A stretch of 64,000 nucleotides of DNA from an uncultured delta proteobacterium (GTDB lineage: Bacteria; Desulfobacterota; BSN033; UBA1163), in assembly GCA_963827685.1 (NCBI GenBank), contig CAWHBU010000005.1, positions 224,001 to 288,000 on the forward strand, in the 5' to 3' direction. Position 1 is the first letter of the stretch; each line of letters starts with the position of its first letter. Position numbers and translations under genes: made by a program. Positions 31,092-40,894 of this stretch are shown in pieces. The notes below the pieces were generated by a model, which saw nothing but the letters and a program-made list of their open reading frames with translations, was not told the DNA's origin and did no database searches.

Positions 31092-32128
31092 TTAGATCTC
31101 CTTCCCTTCGCTTGTTTCTGCACCACCCGAGTCAGGATAGAAAAAAGGCGGGGCGCACAGGCCTGGTAGGTGTAGTTTTCCAAGACCCTTCTTCTCCCCT
31201 CGCGACCCATCTGTTCCCTCAATCCGGGATTTTCAATAAGGAGAGAAAGCTTTTCCTCCCATTCCTTAGGAGTCACCGCCCAAAATCCATTAGTCCCGCC
31301 CTCGACCAGATCCTTGTTGATCCCCACAGGGGTACAAACCACGGGAACACCTACTCCCTGGTACTGTATAATCTTGAGGCCGCATTTCCCCCATGACCAT
31401 GGATCATCAACGAGGGGCATCAGACCAATATCAAACCCCTGTAGATCAGCCACCTCTTCCTCTAAACTCCAATTTTTCTTAATCACTTTCATCCGATCAC
31501 AAGCGAAAAAAGTGTCACAGACAATCTTCAGTTCCACATGAGGATATTTTGCGCCTATCCTGTCGAAAATAGGTCTCATCTTTTCCAAATAATGAATCGA
31601 ACCATGATCCCCGATCCACCCAAGGGTCACCCTTTCCTGTTGAACCGGATAGGTTTTTAAATGATATCTTTCCTGATCAATCGCCGTGGGGATCACCTCG
31701 ACATTTTGATTAAATGGAAGCACCTCGCTCTTCAAAAATTCATTTCCGGCGATGACGAAGTCAGAGTTTTTGACCATCTGGATAAAACGTCTTCTCCGGG
31801 TTGAAGAAAGTGGATCTTTGGCCTTTGAGTTTCGATACATCACCGAATCATCAAAATCATAGAGTATCCGTTTCGCCCTTCTCCTCAACAATCCAAGCCG
31901 GGGTTGATTGAATCTTTTCCTCTGAAGAAAAACGATATCATATTGGGAGAGTTCGTTGAAGAATCGAAAATTCTCTTTCAAGGTCCTGGGATAGAGGCTG
32001 ACCTTGGTCTCTACCCCTTTGGACTCCAAATAGGGAATATATTGAAGCACCCGATACCGACTGGCCGCTACTTCCCACCCCTGAATGAGAGAAAGAACTT
32101 TCATCACCTTTCCGATCCCCTCAAACAA
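31088..32128 (-). CDS. GT4 glycosyltransferase
   Basis: SRYRVLQY, YDFDD, DIGLMPL...GKCGLKIIQY. Confidence 0.92.
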   Translation of the reverse strand: MFEGIGKVMKVLSLIQGWEVAASRYRVLQYIPYLESKGVETKVSLYPRTLKENFRFFNELSQYDIVFLQRKRFNQPRLGLLRRRAKRILYDFDDSVMYRNSKAKDPLSSTRRRRFIQMVKNSDFVIAGNEFLKSEVLPFNQNVEVIPTAIDQERYHLKTYPVQQERVTLGWIGDHGSIHYLEKMRPIFDRIGAKYPHVELKIVCDTFFACDRMKVIKKNWSLEEEVADLQGFDIGLMPLVDDPWSWGKCGLKIIQYQGVGVPVVCTPVGINKDLVEGGTNGFWAVTPKEWEEKLSLLIENPGLREQMGREGRRRVLENYTYQACAPRLFSILTRVVQKQAKGRRSN

Positions 32129-32139
32129 TGAAAATTCCT

Positions 32140-32184
32140 AATCCCCCCTTACCCCCCTTTAGCAAAGGGGGGATGGGGGGGATT
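32140..32184. repeat. REP-like C-run/G-run hairpin
   Basis: AATCCCCCCTTACCCCCCTTT-AGC-AAAGGGGGGATGGGGGGGATT. Confidence 0.8.
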
Positions 32185-32190
32185 TGAAAG

Positions 32191-33187
32191 CTATTTTCTA
32201 AGTAAACTTTGCAGCACATGAAAAAACTTTTCAGAGGTAACCCTCAGGGAGTACTCTCGTTCCACCGTCTCTATCCCCTTTAATCCCATTTGGTACCTGA
32301 GCTCTTGATTTTGGATGAGGTTCGATAAGCGATCCACCCATTCTTGATGATTCGTCGCCCAAAAACCATTCTCCCCGTCTTTAACGATGTCCGGATTGAT
32401 CCCCACAGGGGTGCAGACGACAGGCACCCCGACACTGAGATATTGGACGATCTTCAATCCACACTTCCCTTTCGACCACAGATCATCGTCGAGGGGCATC
32501 AGCCCGATGTCAAAAGAGATCAGATCTTCATTCTCATCCTCCAATTTCCAAGGCTTCTTAACGACGGGAAGGTGGGGGGAGTCATAAAAATCATTGCTCA
32601 CGATCTTTAATTTGACCCGGGGAAATCTTTGGCGAATGGTCTCAAAGACAGGTTCCAATTTTTTAAGGTACTTCAAATTTCCTTTGGTCCCAATCCATCC
32701 TAAAATGATCTCCCCATGGTTAGAGATTTTCTTTTTTAGTGGATAAAGATTCGTATCGATGCAGGTCGGAATGACAAAGATCCTTTTCTCCGGATCCACC
32801 TTGAGGACCTGGCTCTTTAAAAACTGGTTTCCTACCAGTAACCACATCGCTTCCTTTCACCATCCATCTGAATTTCAGCCACCTGGATAAAGAATGAGGG
32901 CGAGGAGAACTGGAAGACCGGTACATGACAGCATCATCGAGATCGAAAAGGACTTTCCAAGACTTTTTTCGGATCCAATAAAATTCAAAAGGAGACAATA
33001 ACCTTCTTTGAATGCAGACCACCTCGAAGAGGGGAAGCTGCCGATAAAGGATAAGCCGTTCCTTCCATGAACCGGAGAGGGGTTGCCACTTCGGTTCCAC
33101 CTGGTGGGCGATCAGATAGGGAAAATACTGTTCCACCCGGAACCGATGGCCCTGATCGCTGGAATGAGTAAGGAAGACGATCCTCAT
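32191..33187 (-). CDS. GT4 glycosyltransferase (paralogue of 31088-32128), +1 frameshift near 32837
   Basis: N-part RFRVEQY, FDLDD; C-part DIGLMPL...GKCGLKIVQY. Confidence 0.88.
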
Positions 33188-33828
33188 TTTGTGCCGTTCG
33201 ACTTCTTCTCTGCGATTACCAAAATCGATTTCGCAAAGTCGATGCCCAGATACCGATGGAGAGAGGCCATTACATAGATCCTGAAGAGATAGCGGTGAAA
33301 AGCATCGCTGTAGGTTCGATACATCGCCTTGATTTGAAAACCGTGGGCGAGGAGAAGACCACCTAATTCATCATAACAATAGGCCACTTTATGAGTAGCA
33401 TCCCTCCAAAACCGGCTGGGATTGAACACATTGGGAGTGGTCATGATCAATCGTCCTCCCTCATTGAGGAGATCATAAATCTTCTTTATGAGTTGGACGC
33501 CTTCTTCAAGACCCAAATGTTCGATGACCTCAAAAAGAAAAACAACGTCAAATGGCTCTTGAACCTCCTCCAAGCTGTAAAAGTCGTGAAACTGTTCTCG
33601 GTCAATATCCATGCTCTTATAAACCAGTTTCGGAAAATGGCGCTTTAACCGCTCCTGAAGATTTCGGTTTGAAGCTCCGATATCCAGAACCTTTTCGCCG
33701 TCCTGAATCATCTTCACCATCAAAGGGAATCGCTTCCGCAGGATTTTTAGATCCCAGATCTCGGGATAGCAGTAATGAATCTGATCCCGATATTCAAAGA
33801 GCTTGCTCCAAGAGATCCTCTCATTCAT
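33184..33828 (-). CDS. Class I SAM methyltransferase
   Basis: VLDIGA, FEVIEH, TTPN. Confidence 0.88.
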   Translation of the reverse strand: MNERISWSKLFEYRDQIHYCYPEIWDLKILRKRFPLMVKMIQDGEKVLDIGASNRNLQERLKRHFPKLVYKSMDIDREQFHDFYSLEEVQEPFDVVFLFEVIEHLGLEEGVQLIKKIYDLLNEGGRLIMTTPNVFNPSRFWRDATHKVAYCYDELGGLLLAHGFQIKAMYRTYSDAFHRYLFRIYVMASLHRYLGIDFAKSILVIAEKKSNGTK

Positions 33829-34456
33829 TTAACTTCACCCATTCCCTCTTCTCAAAATCAAACCGTTTCACCACCTTGGCTGGGGAACCAACAGCTAAAG
33901 AATAAGGCGGAATGTCACGATTCACCACGGAGAGGGCACCAATGATGCAATGTCTTCCGATCGTCACATTTGGCAAGACGCAGGCCCCGTAAGCAATCCA
34001 GGAATCGGCCCCGATGTGAACATAACCGATCTTCAAGTCTTGCTCCTTACTCGGACGACTGATATCTCCAAGTTTTCGTGAGTTGTCGATGATCATCACG
34101 TTCGGTGAGATTCCCACATTCTCCTCAATGACGAGGCGGTGGCAGGCACTGATAAAGCAACTCTCCGAAATGATGACATTGTCTCCGATGAAAAGAAGGA
34201 TTTCTTTTGATTTCTTATCCTTCGGGTGGAGGTTAATGCTCGTATTTCTTTTAATTCTTACGTGATCTCCCACATGGACAAACCGTGGCCGGTTGATCAC
34301 CACTCCGGATTCGATGTAGACGTCCCTCCCATAGGAGCCAAAAAAGAACCGATTTTTCAAATTGGAGAGCGGATACCAGAACGGCTTTTTCCTTATCATT
34401 CCAATTGACCTCCCTTCGACAAATTGTCCTGCAAAATATTTTCCATCTCCCTCCAA
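33821..34456 (-). CDS. LbH acyltransferase
   Basis: Hexapeptide repeats, IGADSWI, VGSPAK; real start probably the Met near 34399. Confidence 0.88.
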   Translation of the reverse strand: MEGDGKYFAGQFVEGRSIGMIRKKPFWYPLSNLKNRFFFGSYGRDVYIESGVVINRPRFVHVGDHVRIKRNTSINLHPKDKKSKEILLFIGDNVIISESCFISACHRLVIEENVGISPNVMIIDNSRKLGDISRPSKEQDLKIGYVHIGADSWIAYGACVLPNVTIGRHCIIGALSVVNRDIPPYSLAVGSPAKVVKRFDFEKREWVKLNE

Positions 34457-35574
34457 TTTCTTTCAAGAGAATAGGATTCTGCCAGATGGCGAGCGGCGAT
34501 CGAAGCCCTCTCTATTTCCTCACGGTTCAAAAAAAACAGAATTTTTTCTGCCAAGGCCCTATCATCTCGTGGGTCAGAAATGACAAAACCCTCTCGGCCT
34601 TGGGTGATAATCCCACTCGCCCCGTTGCAACGAGTGGTAATCACCGGAATTCCGCTAGCTAATGCCTCTAACACGGTGAGGGAACAGGCGTCGTAAAAGG
34701 TGGGGTGGACGAGAAGATCTGATGCGCCATAATATTTTTCCGGTTCATTCGTGGAACCGGCAAAGATCATCTCTTCGCGAATCCTCATTTCCCTCGCCAG
34801 GCGTAAATAGGAACCTTGACGATCTCTTCCCAGAATAATAAGTTTGAAAGGAGGAGGGGTTCCTTCCCTAATTTTTGCCAATGTTTTGATGAGAAAACCC
34901 AGTCCCTTCATCTGAAAATTATTTGAGACAAAGAGAATCACCAGCTCATCTGCCCCAATCCCATGTCGCCCTCTGATCTCCCCTCGATATTGACGATTCC
35001 TGGGGTGGAAGCGATCGAGATCGACCCCGTTGTAGACTACGGTAATCCTCTCCTCGGGGATCCGATACCAACGCATCATGTCCTGCTTCACCATATCGGA
35101 GATGGCAATGATCGCTCGAAAGCGCTTCCCTTGATAAGGAGCGTCTTCCACCCAACCACTCACCCATTGTTTCGGGCTGAAGACCCTCCCTAAGAGTTTT
35201 GTCGTCCACAGAATCGGATGGTCGTAAGCCCTGAGGCTTCGCCAGAACCATGCCCAATGCACCCCTCCGTGAGGTTGAAGAATATCCGCTTTCAGTGTAT
35301 TTCCTATTCCGAAGGTAATGTCATAATCTCCCTGCTCTATTTCCCTCGTAGCCCGGATTGCAAAAGAGAGGAGTCGCAGGCTTTTTGGGAATGGAATCGT
35401 CTTAATTGCATGGTAATGGAACCTGGGATCTTCCTCGCCAAATTTCTCTGCATAAACATGGACCTCATAGCCCTCATCCGCCAGTCGGGCGCATAAGTCA
35501 ACGAGATATTTTTCAGCTCCTCCCCTCTTCTTAGAGAAGTCCCGAAGACCTATGGCAAACCTTATCTTTCTCAT
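34396..35574 (-). CDS. GT4 glycosyltransferase (WaaG-like LPS core)
   Basis: GGAEKY, YNGVD, HPTFYDACSLTVLEALASG. Confidence 0.9.
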   Translation of the reverse strand: MRKIRFAIGLRDFSKKRGGAEKYLVDLCARLADEGYEVHVYAEKFGEEDPRFHYHAIKTIPFPKSLRLLSFAIRATREIEQGDYDITFGIGNTLKADILQPHGGVHWAWFWRSLRAYDHPILWTTKLLGRVFSPKQWVSGWVEDAPYQGKRFRAIIAISDMVKQDMMRWYRIPEERITVVYNGVDLDRFHPRNRQYRGEIRGRHGIGADELVILFVSNNFQMKGLGFLIKTLAKIREGTPPPFKLIILGRDRQGSYLRLAREMRIREEMIFAGSTNEPEKYYGASDLLVHPTFYDACSLTVLEALASGIPVITTRCNGASGIITQGREGFVISDPRDDRALAEKILFFLNREEIERASIAARHLAESYSLERNWREMENILQDNLSKGGQLE

Positions 35575-35649
35575 ACTTATAGCGAATTACTCGAATGATA
35601 GCGAATGAATCGAAAATACTGATACAAGTCCATTTGATTCTCTTACATT

Positions 35650-35750
35650 GTCATTGCGAGCGATAGCGAAGCAATCTCGTATCTGAGGAGATTGCTTCGT
35701 CGCTTCGCCCTGTACACCATGCGGTGCAGGGCTTCGCTCCTCGCAACGAC
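35650..35750. repeat. REP-like inverted pair (GTCATTGCGAG...CTCGCAACGAC) carrying micro-element copy 2 at 35709-35731
   Basis: GTCATTGCGAG/CTCGCAACGAC and CGAAGCAATCTC/GAGATTGCTTCG arms; insert flanked by CTTCGC repeats. Confidence 0.85.
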
Positions 35751-35806
35751 CCTTTATTTAATCCGTTTGCATTCGGTTTATTCGCTCTCATTCGCCCAAT
35801 TCGTTC

Positions 35807-36574
35807 TTATGTTCCTTGGCCTCTGATATATTGGGAATCCTTTTCTGCCACCAGGAAGAGCTTCCTCCCAAGCATGAGATCACCGGATAACACATGCCTC
35901 AGAATTTCTTTGTTCCTCTCCCTCTGTTTTAAGTTCCTTTCTCTTCAGAAGGCTCGCCATGTAGCTAAATAAACAAAAGGATAGAGAGGGCCGAATAGCA
36001 TGGCACGATGGCTGTAACAATGGGTGGTCACCTCCAGGATTCGAAATCCGTTTCGATGAGGGTGGGTTCTCAATTCATAATAGCTGGCGAGATGGATGTG
36101 ATCCCCTCCTAAATAATCGTCGACTTCGTTGGGGGGTCTCCCCGTAAAGAGATTGAAGCCCACCAGGAGATTTGCCAGTCTTGATTTAAGATTCAAAATA
36201 TTCGGCGTGCTGATCAAGAGTTTCCCTCTCTCCTTGAGGATTCGAAAGCATCCTCTGATGAAGAGGACCGGGTTTTCCAAATGTTCAATGCCATTGGAAC
36301 AGAGGACATAGTCGAAGGTCCCGTCTGAAAAGGGTAAGTCGACGTTGAGATCAGCTCTTTCACACGAGATTCCTTGGACACAAAAAAGATTGGGGTTGAT
36401 ATCTGCGGCGACCACATCAAAACCCGCTTCTTTCAATTTCCGGGAGATGATTCCCGGTCCTGCGGGTGCATCCAATATTTTCCCATGATTACCATAGCGG
36501 GTAAAGAGTTCAACCACTTTATCATGAGGGTGTTGAAGTCCGAAGACTTTGATGATCAATGACCTGACCTTCAT
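35807..36574 (-). pseudogene. Class I SAM methyltransferase with in-frame TGA at 35945-35947
   Basis: LDAPAGPG, GIEH, STPN; frame continues after TGA as RERNLKQRERNKEILRHVLSGDLMLGRKLFLVAEK to TAA at 35807. Confidence 0.75.
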
Positions 36575-37707
36575 CGAATCCCGTTTCCCACTAAAAACAT
36601 CTTGATTTGCTGTGCGACTTCTTCCATCTCTGACTCCTCCATTTCAGGGAAAAAAGGAAGAGAGAGAATCTTACGAGACCACTGGTTGGTCAAGGGCAAG
36701 TCTCTTCGCCGATATCCCATTTCCTGGTAAGCCTTCTGAAAAGGAATGGGGATGGGGTAATGGATGAGAGTTTCGGCTCCCTTCTTTTTCAAAAATGTTT
36801 GGAGAGCATCCCTCTTCCCTGTCTCAATCGTATAGAGATGATAGACATGCCGCACTCCCTCCTTCTCCGAAGGGCATACCACCCCTAAAGGAGAAAGCAT
36901 TTTTGTATAGAGCTCGGCCTTCCTCCTCCTCGCTTCATTCCATTGATCCAAATGTTTTAATTTGACTCGAAGGATGGCCGCTTGGATTTCATCCAATCGA
37001 CTGTTGTGTCCCTTCAGAATGTGCTGATATTTTTTTCTTTCTCCGTAACATCGAAGGAGTCTGAGTTTCCGGTCATATTTTTGATGATCGGTCACCACCA
37101 TCCCCCCGTCTCCATATCCCCCTAAGTTCTTGGTCGGATAGAAACTAAAACAACCCATAGCCCCAAATGAACCCACCTTCTTTCGTCCGTATTTTGCGCC
37201 ATGGGCTTGGCAGGCATCTTCGATGACAACGAGATCATAACGATTTGCAATTTCCGTAATCGAATCCATATCCGCGGGATGACCATAAAGGTGGACAGGA
37301 ATGACGGCCTTGATCTTTCGCCTGCTTTCTTTTGCCCTTTGGCGTTTCAAAAGAAGCTCCAGACTATTGGGATCCATCGTATAGGATTCGGAATCGATAT
37401 CGACAAAGAGGGGTTTTGCCCCTGTAAAGGAAATGGCGAGGGCTGTGGCCACAAAAGAATTCGCCACGGTAACGACTTGATCTCCCTCTCCAATTCCGAC
37501 TGTTTTCAAGGCCAGATAGAGAGCATCCGTCCCGGAGCCCACTCCGACCCCATGCCGAACCCCACAGTAAAGGGAAAACTCCTTCTCAAAAGCAGAGACT
37601 TCCTCTCCCAGAATGAAGCGACCTTTCTCATAGACTCTTTGAGTCGCCGAGAGGATTTCGCTTTTGATCTTTCTATACTGCCTGGTTAAATCGAAAAAAG
37701 GAACCAT
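36571..37707 (-). CDS. DegT-family sugar aminotransferase (FdtB/WbpE-like)
   Basis: SGTDAL, EDACQAHG, SFYPTKNLG, NSRLDEIQAA. Confidence 0.95.
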   Translation of the reverse strand: MVPFFDLTRQYRKIKSEILSATQRVYEKGRFILGEEVSAFEKEFSLYCGVRHGVGVGSGTDALYLALKTVGIGEGDQVVTVANSFVATALAISFTGAKPLFVDIDSESYTMDPNSLELLLKRQRAKESRRKIKAVIPVHLYGHPADMDSITEIANRYDLVVIEDACQAHGAKYGRKKVGSFGAMGCFSFYPTKNLGGYGDGGMVVTDHQKYDRKLRLLRCYGERKKYQHILKGHNSRLDEIQAAILRVKLKHLDQWNEARRRKAELYTKMLSPLGVVCPSEKEGVRHVYHLYTIETGKRDALQTFLKKKGAETLIHYPIPIPFQKAYQEMGYRRRDLPLTNQWSRKILSLPFFPEMEESEMEEVAQQIKMFLVGNGIR

Positions 37708-37719
37708 CTTAGCATGCCT

Positions 37720-37805
37720 ATTGCGGATTGCAGAATGCGGATTGCGGAATTTGAAAACTAAATTCCATTCTTTTATTCCGCATTCCGAAATCCGAAATCC
37801 GCATT
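37720..37805. repeat. Inverted heptamer arrays
   Basis: (ATTGCGG)-like units at 37720-37754 facing (ATTCCGC/AATCCGA)-like units at 37775-37805. Confidence 0.85.
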
Positions 37806-37809
37806 ATAT

Positions 37810-38808
37810 TTAGCCCCAGTATTCCTTCTTATGCTTTCTGTAGAACTCGATCGTTCTTCGAAGCCCTTCCTCCAAATCGGTCTTCGGCTCCCAGCCCACC
37901 ATGCGTTTGATCTTGGAGATGTTGGTATAATAATCTCCCGGTTCGACTTCCTTTCTCTCTTGAGTAAACTCGGTGAAGGCCGCTCTGCCAGTTCCGGCAA
38001 TCTTTACAATCCTTTTTGCCAGGTCGATGAAGCTGATGGGAATGCCGGTCCCCACATTAAATACTTCTCCATAAGCCTGATCACAGGTGGCTGTTTGCAA
38101 AAAACAATCAACCAGGTCATCCACATAGAGAAAATCTCTCAAAATCCGGCCGTCTCCAAAGACGGGAATGACTTCGCTATCGATAGCCTTTCGGATAAAC
38201 CAATTGAGCACGCCATATTCATCGTGGGCCATCTGGTGTCGGGGTCCATAGGTGTTCGTAATTCGAAGACAGGTTCCCGGAATTTTGTGAACGTCGTGAT
38301 AGACAAGAACCATCTTCTCCGCCGATAAATTGGTCACCGCGTAGATTCCCTTGGGATTTGTGGGATGATCTTCCCCTACCGGCAAGGTCACACTGGAACC
38401 ATACTCCCCCCGCGTCCCTGCAAAAATGATCCTTACCCCTGGATTATTTTTTCGGCAGGATTCAAGGAGGACCAATGTCCCCCGACAGTTGATGTCCAGA
38501 TCCTGAATCGGATTCCGGATACTGTCCACATGATTCACCTGCCCAGCGAGATGAAAAATGATCTCCTGTCCTTTCACTAAATAATCCATGGAATGACCAT
38601 CCCTCACATCGGTGAAATTGATATGGACGCGATCGGCGATCTCTTTCACATTAAAGAGGTTTCCTCCCAGACGGGGCATCATGTTATCCACAATCGTCAC
38701 CTTTGCCCCCAATGCAATCAGTCGGGCCGACAGATTGGATCCAATGAAACCCAAACCACCTGTCACCAATATTTTTTTCCCTCTGAAAACCTCTTGATCA
38801 GGAGTCAT
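37810..38808 (-). CDS. NAD-dependent nucleotide-sugar epimerase/dehydratase
   Basis: TGGLGFIG, TNTYGPR, RDFLYVDD. Confidence 0.92.
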   Translation of the reverse strand: MTPDQEVFRGKKILVTGGLGFIGSNLSARLIALGAKVTIVDNMMPRLGGNLFNVKEIADRVHINFTDVRDGHSMDYLVKGQEIIFHLAGQVNHVDSIRNPIQDLDINCRGTLVLLESCRKNNPGVRIIFAGTRGEYGSSVTLPVGEDHPTNPKGIYAVTNLSAEKMVLVYHDVHKIPGTCLRITNTYGPRHQMAHDEYGVLNWFIRKAIDSEVIPVFGDGRILRDFLYVDDLVDCFLQTATCDQAYGEVFNVGTGIPISFIDLAKRIVKIAGTGRAAFTEFTQERKEVEPGDYYTNISKIKRMVGWEPKTDLEEGLRRTIEFYRKHKKEYWG

Positions 38809-38833
38809 TCTCTTTCTCCTCTTTTGAGATCGT

Positions 38834-38990
38834 CAACCCTTCGGCTTCCCCACCTAAAGTCTGGGGCTTCTCCCTCGGCCTGAGCTAGGATCGAAGGCTC
38901 GGGGTTGACCCTGCACTTCGATAGACTCAGTGTCCTGAGCTTGCCGAAGGAAGCGACACTTCTCTGCCCCTCCTTCAGAAGATGGGCTTG
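38834..38990. repeat. Composite nested REP-like palindromes
   Basis: GTCAACCC...GGGTTGAC arms enclosing/adjoining CCTGAGCTAGGATCGAAGG, CTTCGATAGACTCAG and CCTGAGCTTGCCGAAGG units. Confidence 0.7.
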
Positions 38991-39750
38991 GTGTTGTCGA
39001 ATGGGTCAACTCCCATAGTTTGGCATATTTGATAAAAACATAGAACATAGTCGAGACGATGATGATGAACCCTGGCAACCCATCCCTAAATCCCGACTTA
39101 AAAAGATACTCTTTGATAAATCGAAATGGAGGATGAAAAAGAAGCTTAACAAGGCTAAACTTCTCTCCATTCTTAAAGAGATCAGCTGCAGCAATCTTGG
39201 AATACTTATCTATCGTCTGGATCTGATCTGAAATGTCTCCGTAGGTATAATGATGATACTGATTCTTTAATACACCCACCTCTCCATCCACGACCAACTT
39301 GGCATGAAGTCCCCCCTCCCATTTCCCTTTGTCCCTTCGATAAAGGCGAATCTCACCATCTGGATACCATCCTCCGTATCGAATCCACTTTCCCAAGTAA
39401 TAAGTACGCCGATAAACAAAATATCCATCTAAATCCTTTGCCCTTCCATTCAACTCCGCCCGAATCTCTTCGGCCAACTCCGGAGGAATTTCTTCATCGG
39501 CGTCCACAAACATGATCCAATCCCGAGTGGTGAGATCAGCGGCATACTGATATTGATCCCGATGCCCCGTCCACTTCCTCTGAAATGTTTTGTCGGTATA
39601 TTGTCTGCAGATTTCGTAGGTCCCATCCTGGCTGAAGGAGTCAACGATCACCAGCTCCTCAACCCAGGAGAGGCTTTTCAGACATTGTTCAATCGTCCTG
39701 CGATTGTTGGTGGTGAGGACATAGGCAGAAACCGGAACCTTTTCGATCAT
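38854..39750 (-). CDS. GT2 LPS core beta-1,4-glucosyltransferase-like (KdtX/LgtF type)
   Basis: VDSFSQDGT, VDADE, GGWYPD, GFRDG, KYAKLWE; tail after that is repeat-derived. Confidence 0.9.
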   Translation of the reverse strand: MIEKVPVSAYVLTTNNRRTIEQCLKSLSWVEELVIVDSFSQDGTYEICRQYTDKTFQRKWTGHRDQYQYAADLTTRDWIMFVDADEEIPPELAEEIRAELNGRAKDLDGYFVYRRTYYLGKWIRYGGWYPDGEIRLYRRDKGKWEGGLHAKLVVDGEVGVLKNQYHHYTYGDISDQIQTIDKYSKIAAADLFKNGEKFSLVKLLFHPPFRFIKEYLFKSGFRDGLPGFIIIVSTMFYVFIKYAKLWELTHSTTPSPSSEGGAEKCRFLRQAQDTESIEVQGQPRAFDPSSGRGRSPRL

Positions 39751-40796
39751 TTTCTCTTACGCCTCAATTGTTGATCAACGACTTCTTCGACGTCATCCAC
39801 TGTGATGAGTTCCATGCATCGATGATCTGTTGGACAAATTCTCTTCCAACAGGGACTGCAAGGGACATCCTTTCTAACCACCACATGGCCCTCCCCCCAT
39901 GGACCCGTGGTGAAAGGGGGTGTTGATCCAAAGAGAGCGACGACAGGAGTGCCGACAGCAGTGGCCACATGCATCGTCCCGGTATCGTTCGTCACAAGGA
40001 GACTACATCGTTCCAGAAGGGCGGCCAGTTGGAGTAAACCGGTCTTTCCGGTCAAATCTATTCCCTTTGTTCCCAAATGGTGTAGAATCTCATGGACGAT
40101 GGGACGCTCATCCTCCTTGCCAAAGAGGAGGATCCTGGTTTGCCATTGCTCCGCAAGCCTCTTTCCCAATTCCCCGAATCGATCCGGATGCCAACATTTG
40201 GCTAAACCATAAGTGGCACCAGGATTCATTCCGATGAGGGGCTTCCCTTCCGGGATCCCCATGTCTTTCAACACTCGATCTGCCCACCTTCGATCTTCCT
40301 CCCTGAGAAATATTTGAGGAGAAGGAAGCCTTTCTATCTTCCCTAATGGCTCGATCAGTTTCCGGTAATAATGAACCCGGTGGCCATGGAGGATTTCTTT
40401 GGTTCGACGAATTCGGTGGGTAAGAAAGAGTGAACGTCCCTCAGCTTGATAACCAATTCGGATTGGAATGCGCGCCATGTAAATATGAAAAGCAGAGCGG
40501 AAAGACCGTGGAAGAATGACCGCCAGATCAAAATTCCTCTCCTTTAAAGATTCGCTGAGATTTAAATCTTCCCAAATAGATCCAATCCCCCCCTTCTTTT
40601 GGAAAGGGATGATCTCATCCACGTAGGGAAATGTTTTCCATAAATCGACGAGATAGCTTGGAATCAAAATAGCTAAGTGGGATTTGGGAAAGAGAGCCTT
40701 TAATTGTTGAACTGTTGGATAACTGAGGACAGTATCTCCTACCCAGTTTACGCCTCTTACCAATATACGATTGACTTGGCTAAAATCGCGTTTCAA
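39747..40796 (-). CDS. waaF: Heptosyltransferase II (GT9)
   Basis: NWVGD, LPRSFRSA, PGATYGLAKCW, TNDTGTMH. Confidence 0.92.
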   Translation of the reverse strand: MKRDFSQVNRILVRGVNWVGDTVLSYPTVQQLKALFPKSHLAILIPSYLVDLWKTFPYVDEIIPFQKKGGIGSIWEDLNLSESLKERNFDLAVILPRSFRSAFHIYMARIPIRIGYQAEGRSLFLTHRIRRTKEILHGHRVHYYRKLIEPLGKIERLPSPQIFLREEDRRWADRVLKDMGIPEGKPLIGMNPGATYGLAKCWHPDRFGELGKRLAEQWQTRILLFGKEDERPIVHEILHHLGTKGIDLTGKTGLLQLAALLERCSLLVTNDTGTMHVATAVGTPVVALFGSTPPFTTGPWGEGHVVVRKDVPCSPCWKRICPTDHRCMELITVDDVEEVVDQQLRRKRK

Positions 40797-40894
40797 GAGA
40801 CCTGCTCCTTCCTAAAGAGTTAAGGTTATTATATCAACCTCTTCAAGTCAAACTCGGAATCCGCAGATAAATTCCCCATCCCGTTAGGAAAGCT

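Noticed and set aside
35945-35947. Selenocysteine recoding of the TGA
   Set aside because: Not a redox or Cys-type context, and no obvious SECIS-like hairpin follows
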